A stretch of DNA of 64,000 nt from Candidatus Saccharimonadales bacterium (lineage in GTDB: Bacteria > Patescibacteriota > Saccharimonadia > Saccharimonadales > EFPC-124). Where the stretch lies: assembly GCA_035280845.1 (NCBI GenBank), contig DATEFB010000007.1:5778-69777 (forward strand), read 5' to 3'. Positions 17,572 to 27,282 of the stretch are shown here, piece after piece. The translations under genes and the position numbers were made by a program. The notes beneath the pieces are model-generated. The model was not told the origin of the DNA. It ran no database searches and saw only the letters and a program-made list of their open reading frames with translations. Within the stretch, counting starts at the first letter, position 1; every line of letters begins with the position of its first letter.

Positions 17572-18129
17572 ATGGAATTAATGTGGATAATTTTGGCCGT
17601 CGTGGTTGTTCTAGCCATAGTCGTTGTCGTTATCTATAACGGCCTTGTCTCGACCCGCGTGCGCGTCGAAGAAGCCTGGAGCGATATTACCGTCCAACTG
17701 AAACGCCGCCTCGACCTCATTCCAAACCTTGTGAATTCAGTCAAAGGCTATGCTACCCACGAAAAAGAAGTGTTTGAGCGTGTTACCGAAGCTCGTGCCA
17801 ATGCCTTAAACGCCCAGGGCGTACAGCAGACTGCCAAAGCCGAGAACCAGTTCGAAGACGCACTGAAGAGTCTGTTCGCAGTTGCTGAGAACTACCCACA
17901 GCTTCGCGCAACCGAAAACTTCCAGCAGCTGCAAGCTGAGCTGACTGACACCGAAGACAAGATCATGGCCTCACGCCGCTTTTACAACGGCTCGGCCCGT
18001 GAGCTGAACATTAAAATCGACAGCTTCCCAAGCAATTTGGTCGCTGGCATGTTCGGTTTTAAGAAGCGTGAATTCTTTGAAACTGCCGACCAAGCCACTG
18101 CCGAGAAGCCTGTTGACGTCAAGTTTTAG
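17572..18129 (+). CDS. lemA: LemA family membrane protein
   Basis: N-terminal TM followed by 'RRLDLIPNLVNSVKGYATHEKEVFERVTEARA', 'ENYPQLRATENFQQLQAEL' and 'RRFYNGSARELN'. Confidence 0.85.
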   Translation: MELMWIILAVVVVLAIVVVVIYNGLVSTRVRVEEAWSDITVQLKRRLDLIPNLVNSVKGYATHEKEVFERVTEARANALNAQGVQQTAKAENQFEDALKSLFAVAENYPQLRATENFQQLQAELTDTEDKIMASRRFYNGSARELNIKIDSFPSNLVAGMFGFKKREFFETADQATAEKPVDVKF

Positions 18130-18140
18130 GAGTATCCCCA

Positions 18141-19016
18141 ATGTATTCGGCGATTGCCGCTAACAAACGAAATACTGTGCTGATTATGGCCATCTTTGTG
18201 GCCATAATTGGCGCTTTGGGTTGGATCGTCAGTAACCTGTACGGCCAGCCGTCATACTTTTACCTGGCATTTATTGTGGCCGGCGTTTTTGCGCTGATCC
18301 AATATTTTGCAGCCGCAAAACTTGCCCTGGCAATGAACGGCGCAAAAGAAATCCAGAAGCGCGACAACCCGCGTCTGTTCCGTACGGTCGAGAACCTCTC
18401 GATCGCCACAGGTATGCCTATGCCAAAGGTCTACCTTATCGATGACCCGGCACCGAATGCTTTTGCGACTGGTCGTGACCCCAAACACGCCTATGTTGCC
18501 GCAAGCACCGGTCTGCTCGAAATAATGACCGACACCGAGCTTGAGGCAGTTATGGCCCACGAGCTTGGCCACGTCAAGAACTACGATATTCGCGTCATGA
18601 TGATTGTATTCGGGCTGGTGAGCGCTATTGGGTTTATTGCCGACATGCTCCTGCACATGATGTGGTGGGGCGGCAACGATGACGACAACCCAAACCCTCT
18701 CTTTATTGTGCTCGGCATTGTAGCCGCTTTACTTGCGCCGCTTGTTGCCTTGCTTGTACAGATGGCTATTTCGCGCCAACGCGAGTATCTGGCTGACAGT
18801 ACGGGCGCAATGACCACGCGCTATCCGGAAGGTTTGGCAACAGCCCTCGAAAAAATTGGCCAGACAGGATCGACTATGCGCCGCCAGAACACGTCTACGG
18901 CCCACCTCTTTTTTGCGAACCCGCTGAAGGGAAATGCGCTTGCTAAATTGTTCAGCACGCATCCGCCGATCCAAGACCGAATCGCCCGGCTTCGCGCCAT
19001 GGGCACCAAACTGTAA
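18141..19016 (+). CDS. htpX: HtpX-type M48 zinc metalloprotease
   Basis: 'HELGHVKNYD' (HExxH) between TM pairs, 'REYLADSTGA', C-terminal 'THPPIQDRIARL'. Confidence 0.85.
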   Translation: MYSAIAANKRNTVLIMAIFVAIIGALGWIVSNLYGQPSYFYLAFIVAGVFALIQYFAAAKLALAMNGAKEIQKRDNPRLFRTVENLSIATGMPMPKVYLIDDPAPNAFATGRDPKHAYVAASTGLLEIMTDTELEAVMAHELGHVKNYDIRVMMIVFGLVSAIGFIADMLLHMMWWGGNDDDNPNPLFIVLGIVAALLAPLVALLVQMAISRQREYLADSTGAMTTRYPEGLATALEKIGQTGSTMRRQNTSTAHLFFANPLKGNALAKLFSTHPPIQDRIARLRAMGTKL

Positions 19017-19026
19017 GGGGTAAATC

Positions 19027-20058
19027 GTGGCATCGAGCAAACAAAAAAAGAAGCAGCCAGCCAGCCAAAAGCAACAGAATGCAGTTATTGCCCGCTGGAA
19101 AGCGGTTATTGCTGACGGCAAGGCGAGGGCCAATCTATACCTTTCCCGACGGCCGCATAGGGCTTTCCGCATAACCCCCACCCGCAGCTACAAACGGGGT
19201 GAGCGGGTAGAGGGCGCATGGAGTCTTGTTAAAGGATCGTTCGGAACGATTTGGCACGAAAAACGCACTATTTGGGTGCTCATGCTACTGTTCGCGCTCA
19301 CCAGCTATATTGTCGTAGGCGGAATCTCCCAGCTGAGTTTTGTAGATTTGCGGCAGGCCACACAAGAGCTATTTCAGGGGAACCTGGGTGCCCTTGGGTC
19401 GGTCGCGACGTTATTCGGAGCAGCCGTTACGGGGAGCCTCAGCCCTACGGTTTCGCAGGTACAGCAGTTTTTATCGGGCGCCTTGGCGTTTTTGTTCTGG
19501 CTCAGTTTAATCTGGATATTGCGACGGCGGCTGGCCGATCAGGATACGTCGGTAAAAGAGGCGTTATATAATTCGGGTGCGCCGGTTATTCCGTCTATTT
19601 TGGTTGCGACAGCGCTCATGATCCAGCTTATCCCCGCGGTCATTGGTATTCTTGGTGCAGTTCTAACATTAAGCGGCGCCTGGTTTCAGGGTGGGGTAGA
19701 GAGCATGCTGGTTTGTACGGCTGCGGCGCTGTTGGTGCTGCTTTCGATCTACTGGATTGCTGGCTCTGCCACAGCCATGATTATTGTGACAATCCCAGGC
19801 ATGTACCCGTGGCGGGCACTTTCGGCCGCGAGCGATTTGGTTATTGGCCAGCGTTGGCTCATTGCACTGCGGGTTGTTATTATGGCGCTCGTTGTGTTTG
19901 CCGTATGGGCACTTGTTTTAGTGCCTATATTGCTGCTCGATGGTTGGCTCAAATTTAACTGGCTCCCATTGATTCCCATTGCCGTGCAGTTTTTGGGCGC
20001 GTTTACGCTTACCTACGCTGCAACATTCGTCTATAAAATGTACAGAAGTATGATATGA
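19027..20058 (+). CDS. Polytopic membrane protein, unknown function
   Basis: GTG start, Lys-rich N-terminus, about 6 hydrophobic helices. The stop overlaps the ligA start. Confidence 0.5.
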   Translation: MASSKQKKKQPASQKQQNAVIARWKAVIADGKARANLYLSRRPHRAFRITPTRSYKRGERVEGAWSLVKGSFGTIWHEKRTIWVLMLLFALTSYIVVGGISQLSFVDLRQATQELFQGNLGALGSVATLFGAAVTGSLSPTVSQVQQFLSGALAFLFWLSLIWILRRRLADQDTSVKEALYNSGAPVIPSILVATALMIQLIPAVIGILGAVLTLSGAWFQGGVESMLVCTAAALLVLLSIYWIAGSATAMIIVTIPGMYPWRALSAASDLVIGQRWLIALRVVIMALVVFAVWALVLVPILLLDGWLKFNWLPLIPIAVQFLGAFTLTYAATFVYKMYRSMI

Positions 20059-22073
20059 ACAAATCAGATGCAAAAGCCCGTATAGCAAAATTACGCGACC
20101 TCATTAACGAGTACCGTTACGAATATCACGTTAACAACCATTCCATCATGGAAGAATCGGCGGCTGATGGGTTAAAGCATGAACTTGCCGAACTCGAAGA
20201 GCAATACCCTGAACTAATTACGCCCGACTCGCCAACCCAGCGCGTAGCAGGCGAGCCGTTGCCGCAATTCGTATCGGTTGAACATAAGTCGCGCATGCTT
20301 AGCCTGAACGATGTGTTTAGCGCACAGGAAGTCCAGGCGTGGGAAGACCGTGTTATAAAGAACAGTCCCGCTGGCACTAAGCTGGATTTTTTTGCTGACA
20401 TTAAAATGGATGGCCTGGCATGTTCGCTGGTGTACGAAGACGGCGTATTGGTGCGTGGCGTAACGCGCGGCAATGGCACCGTTGGCGAAGATGTGACGCA
20501 CAACGTCAGGACTATAGATTCAATTCCGCTGCGCCTGCGCAAAGCCCCCGAGACAGAGATGTTTTTACAGGGTCGCACAGAGGTTCGCGGCGAGATTGTA
20601 ATGTACAAAAAAGACTTCGAAGCGCTTAACAAGGCACGGGAAGAGCAAGGTTTGCCGCTGTTCGCAAACCCCCGTAACTTGGCTGCAGGCACAGTGCGGC
20701 AGCTCGATCCAAAGTTGGTTATTCACCGGCCATTGCATTTTAGGTCATGGGATATTATTCGTGACGATGCATCCGAGATTCCTACCAACCGCGCTGCTTA
20801 CGATGCCATTGGCGCGCTTGGTTTTTTGGTAAACCGTGAAGCGAAAGTACTGCCCGATGTGGCGGCCGTTATGGCATTTTCCAAGGAATGGGAAGACAAG
20901 CGTCATGACCTGCCGTTCAATACCGACGGCCTGGTCGTAAAGGTCAACGACCGACGGTTATTTGCATTCCTGGGCGTGGTCGGGAAGGCCCCGCGCGCTG
21001 CCGTGGCGTTTAAGTATCCTGCCGAACAGGCAACCACAAAGATTAAAGACATATTTGTGAGTATTGGTCGCACCGGTGCTGCAACCCCTGTTGCCGTGCT
21101 TGAGCCCGTGGTTGTTGCCGGTTCGACTGTGCAAATGGCAACGCTCCACAACGAAGGCGAAGTACGCCGCAAAGACGTGCGTGTGGGTGACACGGTGATT
21201 GTGCAGAAGGCTGGCGATATTATTCCTGAAGTCGTTGAGTCGCTTAAAAAGCTGCGCACTGGTTCTGAGCCTGAATTTAAAATGCCGACTGCGTGTCCGG
21301 AATGTAGCACTACGCTCGAAAAGCGCGACAACGACGCTGTGTGGCGCTGCCCCAACAATAACTGCCCGGCTCGCGTGCACAACCTGATCCAGCATTACGC
21401 CAGCAAAGCCGCGCTCGATATTGATGGCTTGGGCGAGAAAAATGTTTTGGCATTGCTCGATGCAAAACTCATACGCGATTCAGCCGATCTTTATACGCTT
21501 ACAAAAGACCAGCTTCTGCGCCTTGACCGCTTTGCAGAGATTTCGGCGAGCAAATTAATCGATGCTATTGCTGCAAAAAAACGCCCAGGTTTAAGCCATT
21601 TCATCTACGGCTTAGGCATTCGTCAGGTCGGTGCGCAAACGGCTGTCGATTTAGCAAACCGCTTCGAAACGTTGGATGCGCTTCGGGTTGCAACCATCGA
21701 TGACCTTCGGCAAGTTGAAGGCGTCGGCGAGGTTGTGGCCGAGAGTATTGTGGCTTGGTTTGGCAGTGATGACCATCAACAGCTGCTGGCAAAATTCGCC
21801 AACGCAGGCGTCGAGCCGCAAAAGGTTGTGTATACCGGCGGCCCGCTGACGGGTAAAAACTTTGTCATCAGCGGCACGCTCGACATGGACCGCGAAGAAG
21901 CCGCCGAAAAAATACGCGCGCTTGGCGGTACATTCCAAAGCAGTGTCGGCAAGACCACGACATATCTTGTGCTGGGCGAAAATCCGGGCCAGAGCAAAGT
22001 AGACAAAGCCGAGAAACTTGGCACTAAAATCGTAGACGAAGCCGGTTTTAAAAAGATTCTGGAGAGTTCGTGA
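20055..22073 (+). CDS. ligA: NAD+-dependent DNA ligase
   Basis: 672 aa. Adenylation lysine 'DIKMDGLA', Cys4 finger 'CPECSTTLEKRDNDAVWRCPNNNCPA', HhH repeats, C-terminal BRCT ('GKNFVISGTL'). Confidence 0.95.
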   Translation: MNKSDAKARIAKLRDLINEYRYEYHVNNHSIMEESAADGLKHELAELEEQYPELITPDSPTQRVAGEPLPQFVSVEHKSRMLSLNDVFSAQEVQAWEDRVIKNSPAGTKLDFFADIKMDGLACSLVYEDGVLVRGVTRGNGTVGEDVTHNVRTIDSIPLRLRKAPETEMFLQGRTEVRGEIVMYKKDFEALNKAREEQGLPLFANPRNLAAGTVRQLDPKLVIHRPLHFRSWDIIRDDASEIPTNRAAYDAIGALGFLVNREAKVLPDVAAVMAFSKEWEDKRHDLPFNTDGLVVKVNDRRLFAFLGVVGKAPRAAVAFKYPAEQATTKIKDIFVSIGRTGAATPVAVLEPVVVAGSTVQMATLHNEGEVRRKDVRVGDTVIVQKAGDIIPEVVESLKKLRTGSEPEFKMPTACPECSTTLEKRDNDAVWRCPNNNCPARVHNLIQHYASKAALDIDGLGEKNVLALLDAKLIRDSADLYTLTKDQLLRLDRFAEISASKLIDAIAAKKRPGLSHFIYGLGIRQVGAQTAVDLANRFETLDALRVATIDDLRQVEGVGEVVAESIVAWFGSDDHQQLLAKFANAGVEPQKVVYTGGPLTGKNFVISGTLDMDREEAAEKIRALGGTFQSSVGKTTTYLVLGENPGQSKVDKAEKLGTKIVDEAGFKKILESS

Positions 22074-22612
22074 ACATTACGTTTATTACCGGCAACGAGC
22101 ATAAAGCAAAATATGTCGCGCAGTGGTTGGGTGTTCCGGTAGCGCATCGCAAGTTAGATTTAGATGAGCTGCAAACGCTCGATCTGCACACACTCGTAGA
22201 CCACAAGGCAAAACAGGCGTTCGACATTGTAGGCACACCGGTTCTTATAGAGGACGCGCAGCTTGTTTTTGATGCCATGGGGCGCCTGCCAGGCCCATTC
22301 ATTAAATTCTTTGTCGAAGAGCTTGGCCCTGAAGGTATTGCCCGCATGCTGAATGCTTTCGATGACCGACGGGCATTTGGCAATATTTGTTACGCACTGT
22401 ACGACGGCCGGGAAATGAAATATTTCGAAGGCAGTATGAGCGGGAGCATTGCCACGGAACCCCGCGGCACGGGCGGCTTTGGGTTTGACAGCATTTTTGT
22501 AAACGACGGCTACAAAATCACACGTGGCGAAATGAATGAAGAGACGTACGCAGCAACATCGTATCGAAAGCAGGCGCTCGATAAGCTGGCGGCACATTTG
22601 AACCGCGCATGA
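22070..22612 (+). CDS. Non-canonical purine NTP pyrophosphatase (Ham1/RdgB family)
   Basis: 180 aa. 'ITFITGNEHKAKY', 'VLIEDAQL', 'PGPFIKFF' and 'GFGFDSIF' fit ITPase-family motifs. Confidence 0.7.
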   Translation: MNITFITGNEHKAKYVAQWLGVPVAHRKLDLDELQTLDLHTLVDHKAKQAFDIVGTPVLIEDAQLVFDAMGRLPGPFIKFFVEELGPEGIARMLNAFDDRRAFGNICYALYDGREMKYFEGSMSGSIATEPRGTGGFGFDSIFVNDGYKITRGEMNEETYAATSYRKQALDKLAAHLNRA

Positions 22613-23544
22613 AATACCTTGCGACCTGTATAAGCGGCACACAAGAGATTATTGGTCAGCGGCTCAATGCATTCTCGAGTGGTGAATTGCGTATTCTGGA
22701 ATTACAGAATGGGCTCGTTATTTTTGAATCGACGCTCACACAAAACCAACTCAGCGAGCTGCGGTTTTTTAACAACGTGTACGAGTTGCTGGCCGATGGG
22801 GCAGGGGAGGTGAGTGAGCTGCCCGTTCCGCACATAGACGGAACTTTCACGGTCCGGCGCAGCGTGCAGAACCAGCCCACGCACATAGACGACCTAAAAG
22901 AGCATGTTATCGCAAAAAGTTCGGCTACATTTACAGCCCATCGGCCTGAAACCGAATTTCTCTTGCTTGAGCGTACCGATGGCCGGAAGTTATGGGGCAG
23001 ACTGCTGCCGCGCGCCGGATTTAAGCAGCGCACCATTGAGCAGGGCGAGCTGCGCCCTGAACTGGCACATATTCTTGGCCTGGTCGCTGGGCTTGATGCA
23101 AAAGCCACAGTGCTGGATCCTTTTGCCGGATACGGCGGCATTGCGCGCGAAATGCTACACGGCTTTCATGTTAAGGAAATGCTCGCGGTAGAACGCAACG
23201 AACATCTTATTCCGCACCTTAAATCAATTCCACGCGTTACAGCCATGCATGGTGATGCCCGGCAGCTTGCACATGTTCATACCCGGAGCATTGACCGCAT
23301 TGTGACTGATCCGCCTTGGGGAGAATTCACGAATCGGCCAGAATCAGAGATGCGGGCACTGTACGGGCATTCGCTTGCGCAGATGCATCGGGTGTTGCGG
23401 GCAAAAGGCGCCGTGGTTATGTTGACTGCCGCACCATTTTTGCCTGAAGTCGCCACGGCATCGCATTTTGATGTGCTAAAACAATACCCGATTTTAGTGA
23501 ATGGCCGCAAAGCAACAATCTATAAATTGCGTAAGATAGGCTAA
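22609..23544 (+). CDS. THUMP-like domain RNA (guanine-N2) / N6-type methyltransferase
   Basis: SAM motif I 'VLDPFAGYGGIA' and motif IV 'IVTDPPWG'. The N-terminal ~150 aa fit a THUMP-type fold. Confidence 0.6.
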   Translation: MKYLATCISGTQEIIGQRLNAFSSGELRILELQNGLVIFESTLTQNQLSELRFFNNVYELLADGAGEVSELPVPHIDGTFTVRRSVQNQPTHIDDLKEHVIAKSSATFTAHRPETEFLLLERTDGRKLWGRLLPRAGFKQRTIEQGELRPELAHILGLVAGLDAKATVLDPFAGYGGIAREMLHGFHVKEMLAVERNEHLIPHLKSIPRVTAMHGDARQLAHVHTRSIDRIVTDPPWGEFTNRPESEMRALYGHSLAQMHRVLRAKGAVVMLTAAPFLPEVATASHFDVLKQYPILVNGRKATIYKLRKIG

Positions 23545-23552
23545 AGGCAATT

Positions 23553-24287
23553 ATGACCGATATAAATCCCTCTGAGTCCATACACAACGGATTGCCACGC
23601 CAAGGCCCAGGGTCAGATTCAACCACTAAGGCACTGTTTGGCACGATAAAACATCCCAATAAGATACAGCGTGGTATAGACATGGGCTGTGGCACGGGCC
23701 GCTCTACGATCTGGTTGGCGCAGCAGGGTATCGATATGGTCGCTATAGATACGAGCCAACCGTTTCTTAATACGCTGCATGATGCCGCGACTCGCGCAGG
23801 CGTCGCTAATCATATAAACACCAAGAAGATGTCTATAGGTGCTGTTTCATATCCAGACGAGTCGTTTGATCTCGTTTGGTCAGAGGGCGCAGCTTATTTC
23901 ATCGGCTGGGCGCGTGCTCTGACGAGCTGGAAGCGTTTGCTCAAACCCGAGGGGTATCTCATAGCCACCGACATGTTCTGGACAACGGACAGTCCCACGC
24001 CAGAGTTAGCGGACTTCTTCAAAGACGATAATGTCCTCACATTAGAACAAGGATCGGAAATAGCGCGGCAATCAGGCTATGTGGTGAGGAAAACCTATAT
24101 TCAACCTGATTCAGATTGGTTCGATGAATATTACAGCGCTCTTGAGGAGCGGGCTGAAAAATTCTCTGCGCAGCCTGACCCTAAACTGAGGGAAGCGGGC
24201 GATCAGGCAAAGCAGGAAATTGCCATAAGGCGCAAGTATAAGACTGAGTACCAACATGTGGGCTTTGTACTGCAAGTAGCAGGCTAA
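23553..24287 (+). CDS. Class I SAM-dependent methyltransferase
   Basis: Motif I 'GIDMGCGTGRSTIWLA', post-I 'VAIDTS', 'LKPEGYLIATD'. Confidence 0.7.
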   Translation: MTDINPSESIHNGLPRQGPGSDSTTKALFGTIKHPNKIQRGIDMGCGTGRSTIWLAQQGIDMVAIDTSQPFLNTLHDAATRAGVANHINTKKMSIGAVSYPDESFDLVWSEGAAYFIGWARALTSWKRLLKPEGYLIATDMFWTTDSPTPELADFFKDDNVLTLEQGSEIARQSGYVVRKTYIQPDSDWFDEYYSALEERAEKFSAQPDPKLREAGDQAKQEIAIRRKYKTEYQHVGFVLQVAG

Positions 24288-24427
24288 AACCTTGCAGCAT
24301 AAGCACGTTTGTGCGATAGTTGTATTAGGCTAGTACGCTAAGAGGTTCTTGGCGTCACCGAACACAAAAAACATTCCTAAAACAAAAAGAACCTCTCGGG
24401 TGGGCGCGCACTAGCTCCCAAATTTGT

Positions 24428-24895
24428 ATGCCAGACCCTAATCTAATACGCCAGCGAAGAAAGAATTACCGCACCGCCATTGAGGGTGCGGTTGGTTCCA
24501 CGTTGTTTCGCCACATTTATGTCATCGACAGGCGCGACGGCCGCGAATTTGACACGCTAGAAGATGGCGAGAACGCCTGTGCCTACGTTGTCTCTTGTAT
24601 TCTTTTGCTGCACGGCCTTATTGATGCCCCGCATTCAACAGTAGCGACCACCCTCGAGAAAATGCATGAAGCCGGATGGCGCCAAACGAACGAGCCAGTA
24701 TGGGGCGACATTGTCCAGTGGCCTGTGCGGAACGGTCACATGCACCTTGGGTTCTATATTGATACGCAGAATGTTGTTAGTAATTCGTCTATGCAGCGGA
24801 TGCCTATAAAGCACCACCTGAAAATGTCAGACGGCCGTACGCCGGTTGCGTACTATACGCACGACCTGCTGCAAGAGCCGCAGGCGGCCAATTAA
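24428..24895 (+). CDS. Hypothetical protein, possible papain-fold (NlpC/P60-like) Cys...His arrangement
   Basis: 155 aa. 'ENACAYVVSCIL' followed by 'GDIVQWPVRNGHMHLGFYID..NVVSNSS' is reminiscent of NlpC/P60 catalytic spacing. No signal peptide. Confidence 0.35.
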   Translation: MPDPNLIRQRRKNYRTAIEGAVGSTLFRHIYVIDRRDGREFDTLEDGENACAYVVSCILLLHGLIDAPHSTVATTLEKMHEAGWRQTNEPVWGDIVQWPVRNGHMHLGFYIDTQNVVSNSSMQRMPIKHHLKMSDGRTPVAYYTHDLLQEPQAAN

Positions 24896-24954
24896 CCCTT
24901 TTCGTAAACGGTATAGCGTGTTATAATTTCATCCGTACTCTCAAGGATTCCCTT

Positions 24955-25031
24955 GGGGCATTAGCTCATTTGGCTAGAGCGCTTCCATGGCATGGAAGAG
25001 GTGATCGGTTCGAATCCGATATGCTCCACCA
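24955..25031 (+). tRNA. tRNA-Ala (GGC), CCA encoded
   Basis: Acceptor ggggcat/atgctcc with the G3:U70 Ala identity pair. Anticodon loop at-GGC-at. TATAAT at 24922-24927. Confidence 0.9.
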
Positions 25032-25034
25032 CGG

Positions 25035-25111
25035 GGGCGATTAGCTCAGCTGGTTAGAGCGCGTCACTGATAATGACGAGGTCCGAGGTTCAAGTCCCCG
25101 ATCGCCCACCA
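25035..25111 (+). tRNA. tRNA-Ile (GAU), CCA encoded
   Basis: Acceptor gggcgat/atcgccc, anticodon loop ct-GAT-aa, 3 nt after tRNA-Ala. Confidence 0.85.
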
Positions 25112-25122
25112 GAATTTATCAC

Positions 25123-25157
25123 AAATAACCCGCCGGTATGGCGGGTTATTTGTTTTG
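25123..25157 (+). terminator. Intrinsic terminator after the tRNA-Ala/Ile pair
   Basis: 12-bp stem aaataacccgcc / ggcgggttattt with loop ggtat, followed by gttttg. Confidence 0.8.
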
Positions 25158-25164
25158 TGTATAA

Positions 25165-25842
25165 TTGCTATCTATGAGCTTTGAATTTACACGTAGACCC
25201 CAGCCGGGCGCAGTGGTCGACACAATAAACTTACGAGAGGATGGCATAGACGCAGTATCGTTGCCATCTGCATCTCTTATTTTGGGTGAGCGCCGCTTTT
25301 GGCGTGAGCTTAAGGCGCAGACCGACCCAGAAACGCAGCTGGGTTCTATTGCGGTTCGTTTGGCATACCACATGGAGGAGCTGCGCGTGGGCTATGCTAT
25401 GGCCAATCTGGCAATCTCACGCGGACTACTCGTTGGCGAAGGTGCGTTGATGTTTACAGATTGGTATTCCGATGCTGCTGTGAGTCTGCCGTATTCGCGC
25501 TTTCTGCGCAAGCCGCAGATTTTCCAGCATCTTGAGCAGGCAACGCCGCCCGATGACGACCATGACCATGTCATGTTCATGGACTACATGCCCAACGAAC
25601 GCAACAAAACCGGCTTACATTTGCCCGTGCGCGATGTAGCTGACTACGGCCTCCCCGCCATTGAAAGTGGAAGCGAGCGCTGGCTGGAAGATGAGGACCT
25701 ATTCCTGCGCGCTCGCAGCCCCGCTGAACCCACTGCCGAGCTCACGCGCGTATATAAACAGGAGTTCGGGAAGCGGTTTGACCGCGCGGCGTTTATTTCG
25801 TTTTCGCCCCGTATGAAGCCGGAAGCGTGGGCCGCAGATTAG
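25165..25842 (+). CDS. Hypothetical protein bracketed by tRNA genes
   Basis: 225-aa ORF (ATG alternative at 25174) with no motif I recognise. Coding-like composition. Confidence 0.45.
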   Translation: MLSMSFEFTRRPQPGAVVDTINLREDGIDAVSLPSASLILGERRFWRELKAQTDPETQLGSIAVRLAYHMEELRVGYAMANLAISRGLLVGEGALMFTDWYSDAAVSLPYSRFLRKPQIFQHLEQATPPDDDHDHVMFMDYMPNERNKTGLHLPVRDVADYGLPAIESGSERWLEDEDLFLRARSPAEPTAELTRVYKQEFGKRFDRAAFISFSPRMKPEAWAAD

Positions 25843-25925
25843 CGCCTGCGGCCTGCCTCGCGGTTCGATAGGCTTGTCAAAACAGAGGTAAACTGCTAAA
25901 ATAATTCTCGATATACAACTGCTAT

Positions 25926-26002
25926 GGGCCCATAGCTCAGTTGGTTAGAGCATCTGCCTCTTAAGCAGAGTGTCCTGGGTTCAAGTCCCAGTGGGCCCTC
26001 CA
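25926..26002 (+). tRNA. tRNA-Lys (CUU), CCA encoded
   Basis: Acceptor gggccca/tgggccc, anticodon loop ct-CTT-aa, T-loop ggttcaagtcc. Confidence 0.9.
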
Positions 26003-26105
26003 GATATTATCATTCCCACAACATCTCTTACGAGACCAAATGACGGCTTAGCCTGACAGCTAGAGCCGTCATTTTGGTTGTCGGCCGCAAATACTGCTTC
26101 CACTT

Positions 26106-26414
26106 TTACAGGGCTTCTTTTCTGCTATCCATGTCAACATGCTGGTACGCCCAGCTTCTTAAGGAGTGCCGCAGCCGTATGGCGCAGGTGATGTACCTTG
26201 ATTGCCCGTAACCCGTGCTCACGGCAAAGCCGTTGGGCAAGCCCAGCTTGAAGGCGATGAGTTCGGTACGCATGTAAAGGCTCCCGGGGTTAGTGGTTCT
26301 TGGAACTAACCCGCGCGTAGCGATCCCGACCTCCTGTTGTGATAGCAAAACCACGGCGCGTGAAGCCGTGGTTTTTACAGCACTAATAGCGATGATACAA
26401 AGCAGCCCCCGCAT
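26106..26414 (-). pseudogene. Possible degenerate tyrosine-recombinase (integrase) remnant next to tRNA-Lys
   Basis: 102-aa ORF. 'LYMRTELIAFKLG' resembles the box-I 'TGMRxSELxxLKW' segment. 'IRLRHSLRSWAYQ' resembles box-II 'HDLRHTxASWxxQ'. The two are only ~35 aa apart and the C-terminal Tyr region is missing. Confidence 0.25.
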
Positions 26415-26451
26415 GACACGGGAGCTGCAACATTTTCGCTCTAAGAAGCGG

Positions 26452-27078
26452 CTACTGAGAGGCCCGCAGCGTCAGCAATGACGACTGTAACGCCGAACGT
26501 TGCGCGTTTTCAAATGCAGTGTCGGATATGCATCCGCCGGATCCGCTTTGTACTGTGCCGGGCAGTGGAACAGCGAAGATTTTGCTACCAACGGTGATGT
26601 ATCCATTCTCTGGCTTGATCTCGGCCGCTGTAATGTTGCTGTTCCGGTTCTTCTCGACAGCCAACAGGTCGGCTTGTGAGCTGTAGACGCTGACAGTAAC
26701 GATCGGATGGTCTGCATCACCCCAAGGTGTGGATGGGTCGAACCCACAGACGTTCTGGTCCCCCCCTGTTGCCCCTTTGTCGACTAACTGCTGGGTGGAA
26801 AGTCGAATGAGCTTGTGGTTCACACCGCCAAAGCTGTAATCAGTCATCTTATATAGCGGGGTGATGCCGCTCTTTTTGTCGAATTCGACGCCTAGTTCGG
26901 GCATCTTCGAGACGTTCTGGTTGACGGTCTGGCTGCCGTTATTCGTCGGCGGTGGAGTTTCACCCTTGTTCTGAGCCTGCCACACATACCAACCGCCCAC
27001 AGCAAGTAGCGCAATTACCGCTAGCACTATTACGACTTCGACGACACCGAAGCCTCTCTGATCTCGTGTTGTTGGCAT
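26452..27078 (-). CDS. Type IV pilin-like protein (class III signal peptide)
   Basis: N-terminus 'MPTTRDQRG|FGVVEVVIVLAVIALLAVGGWYVW' has the prepilin cleavage motif G|F with Glu at +5, then a hydrophobic helix and a ~170-aa globular domain. Confidence 0.7.
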   Translation of the reverse strand: MPTTRDQRGFGVVEVVIVLAVIALLAVGGWYVWQAQNKGETPPPTNNGSQTVNQNVSKMPELGVEFDKKSGITPLYKMTDYSFGGVNHKLIRLSTQQLVDKGATGGDQNVCGFDPSTPWGDADHPIVTVSVYSSQADLLAVEKNRNSNITAAEIKPENGYITVGSKIFAVPLPGTVQSGSGGCISDTAFENAQRSALQSSLLTLRASQ

Positions 27079-27282
27079 GACAATTTGCTCGTTTAATTTT
27101 TCCCATTATCTACCTTTAGTGAACCCGTTGCAATAGCGCCATTCGATCTATTGGCTATGCAAGATGCTTTTCATTCAAACGAACCTGTGTTAATTGTTAT
27201 TCAACCCCATGATCATTGTAAGCATCGTGAGGGCGTACCCAATCCGTTTCTCGATTCCCTCACAGAAGGGGGCCGAAAGCCC

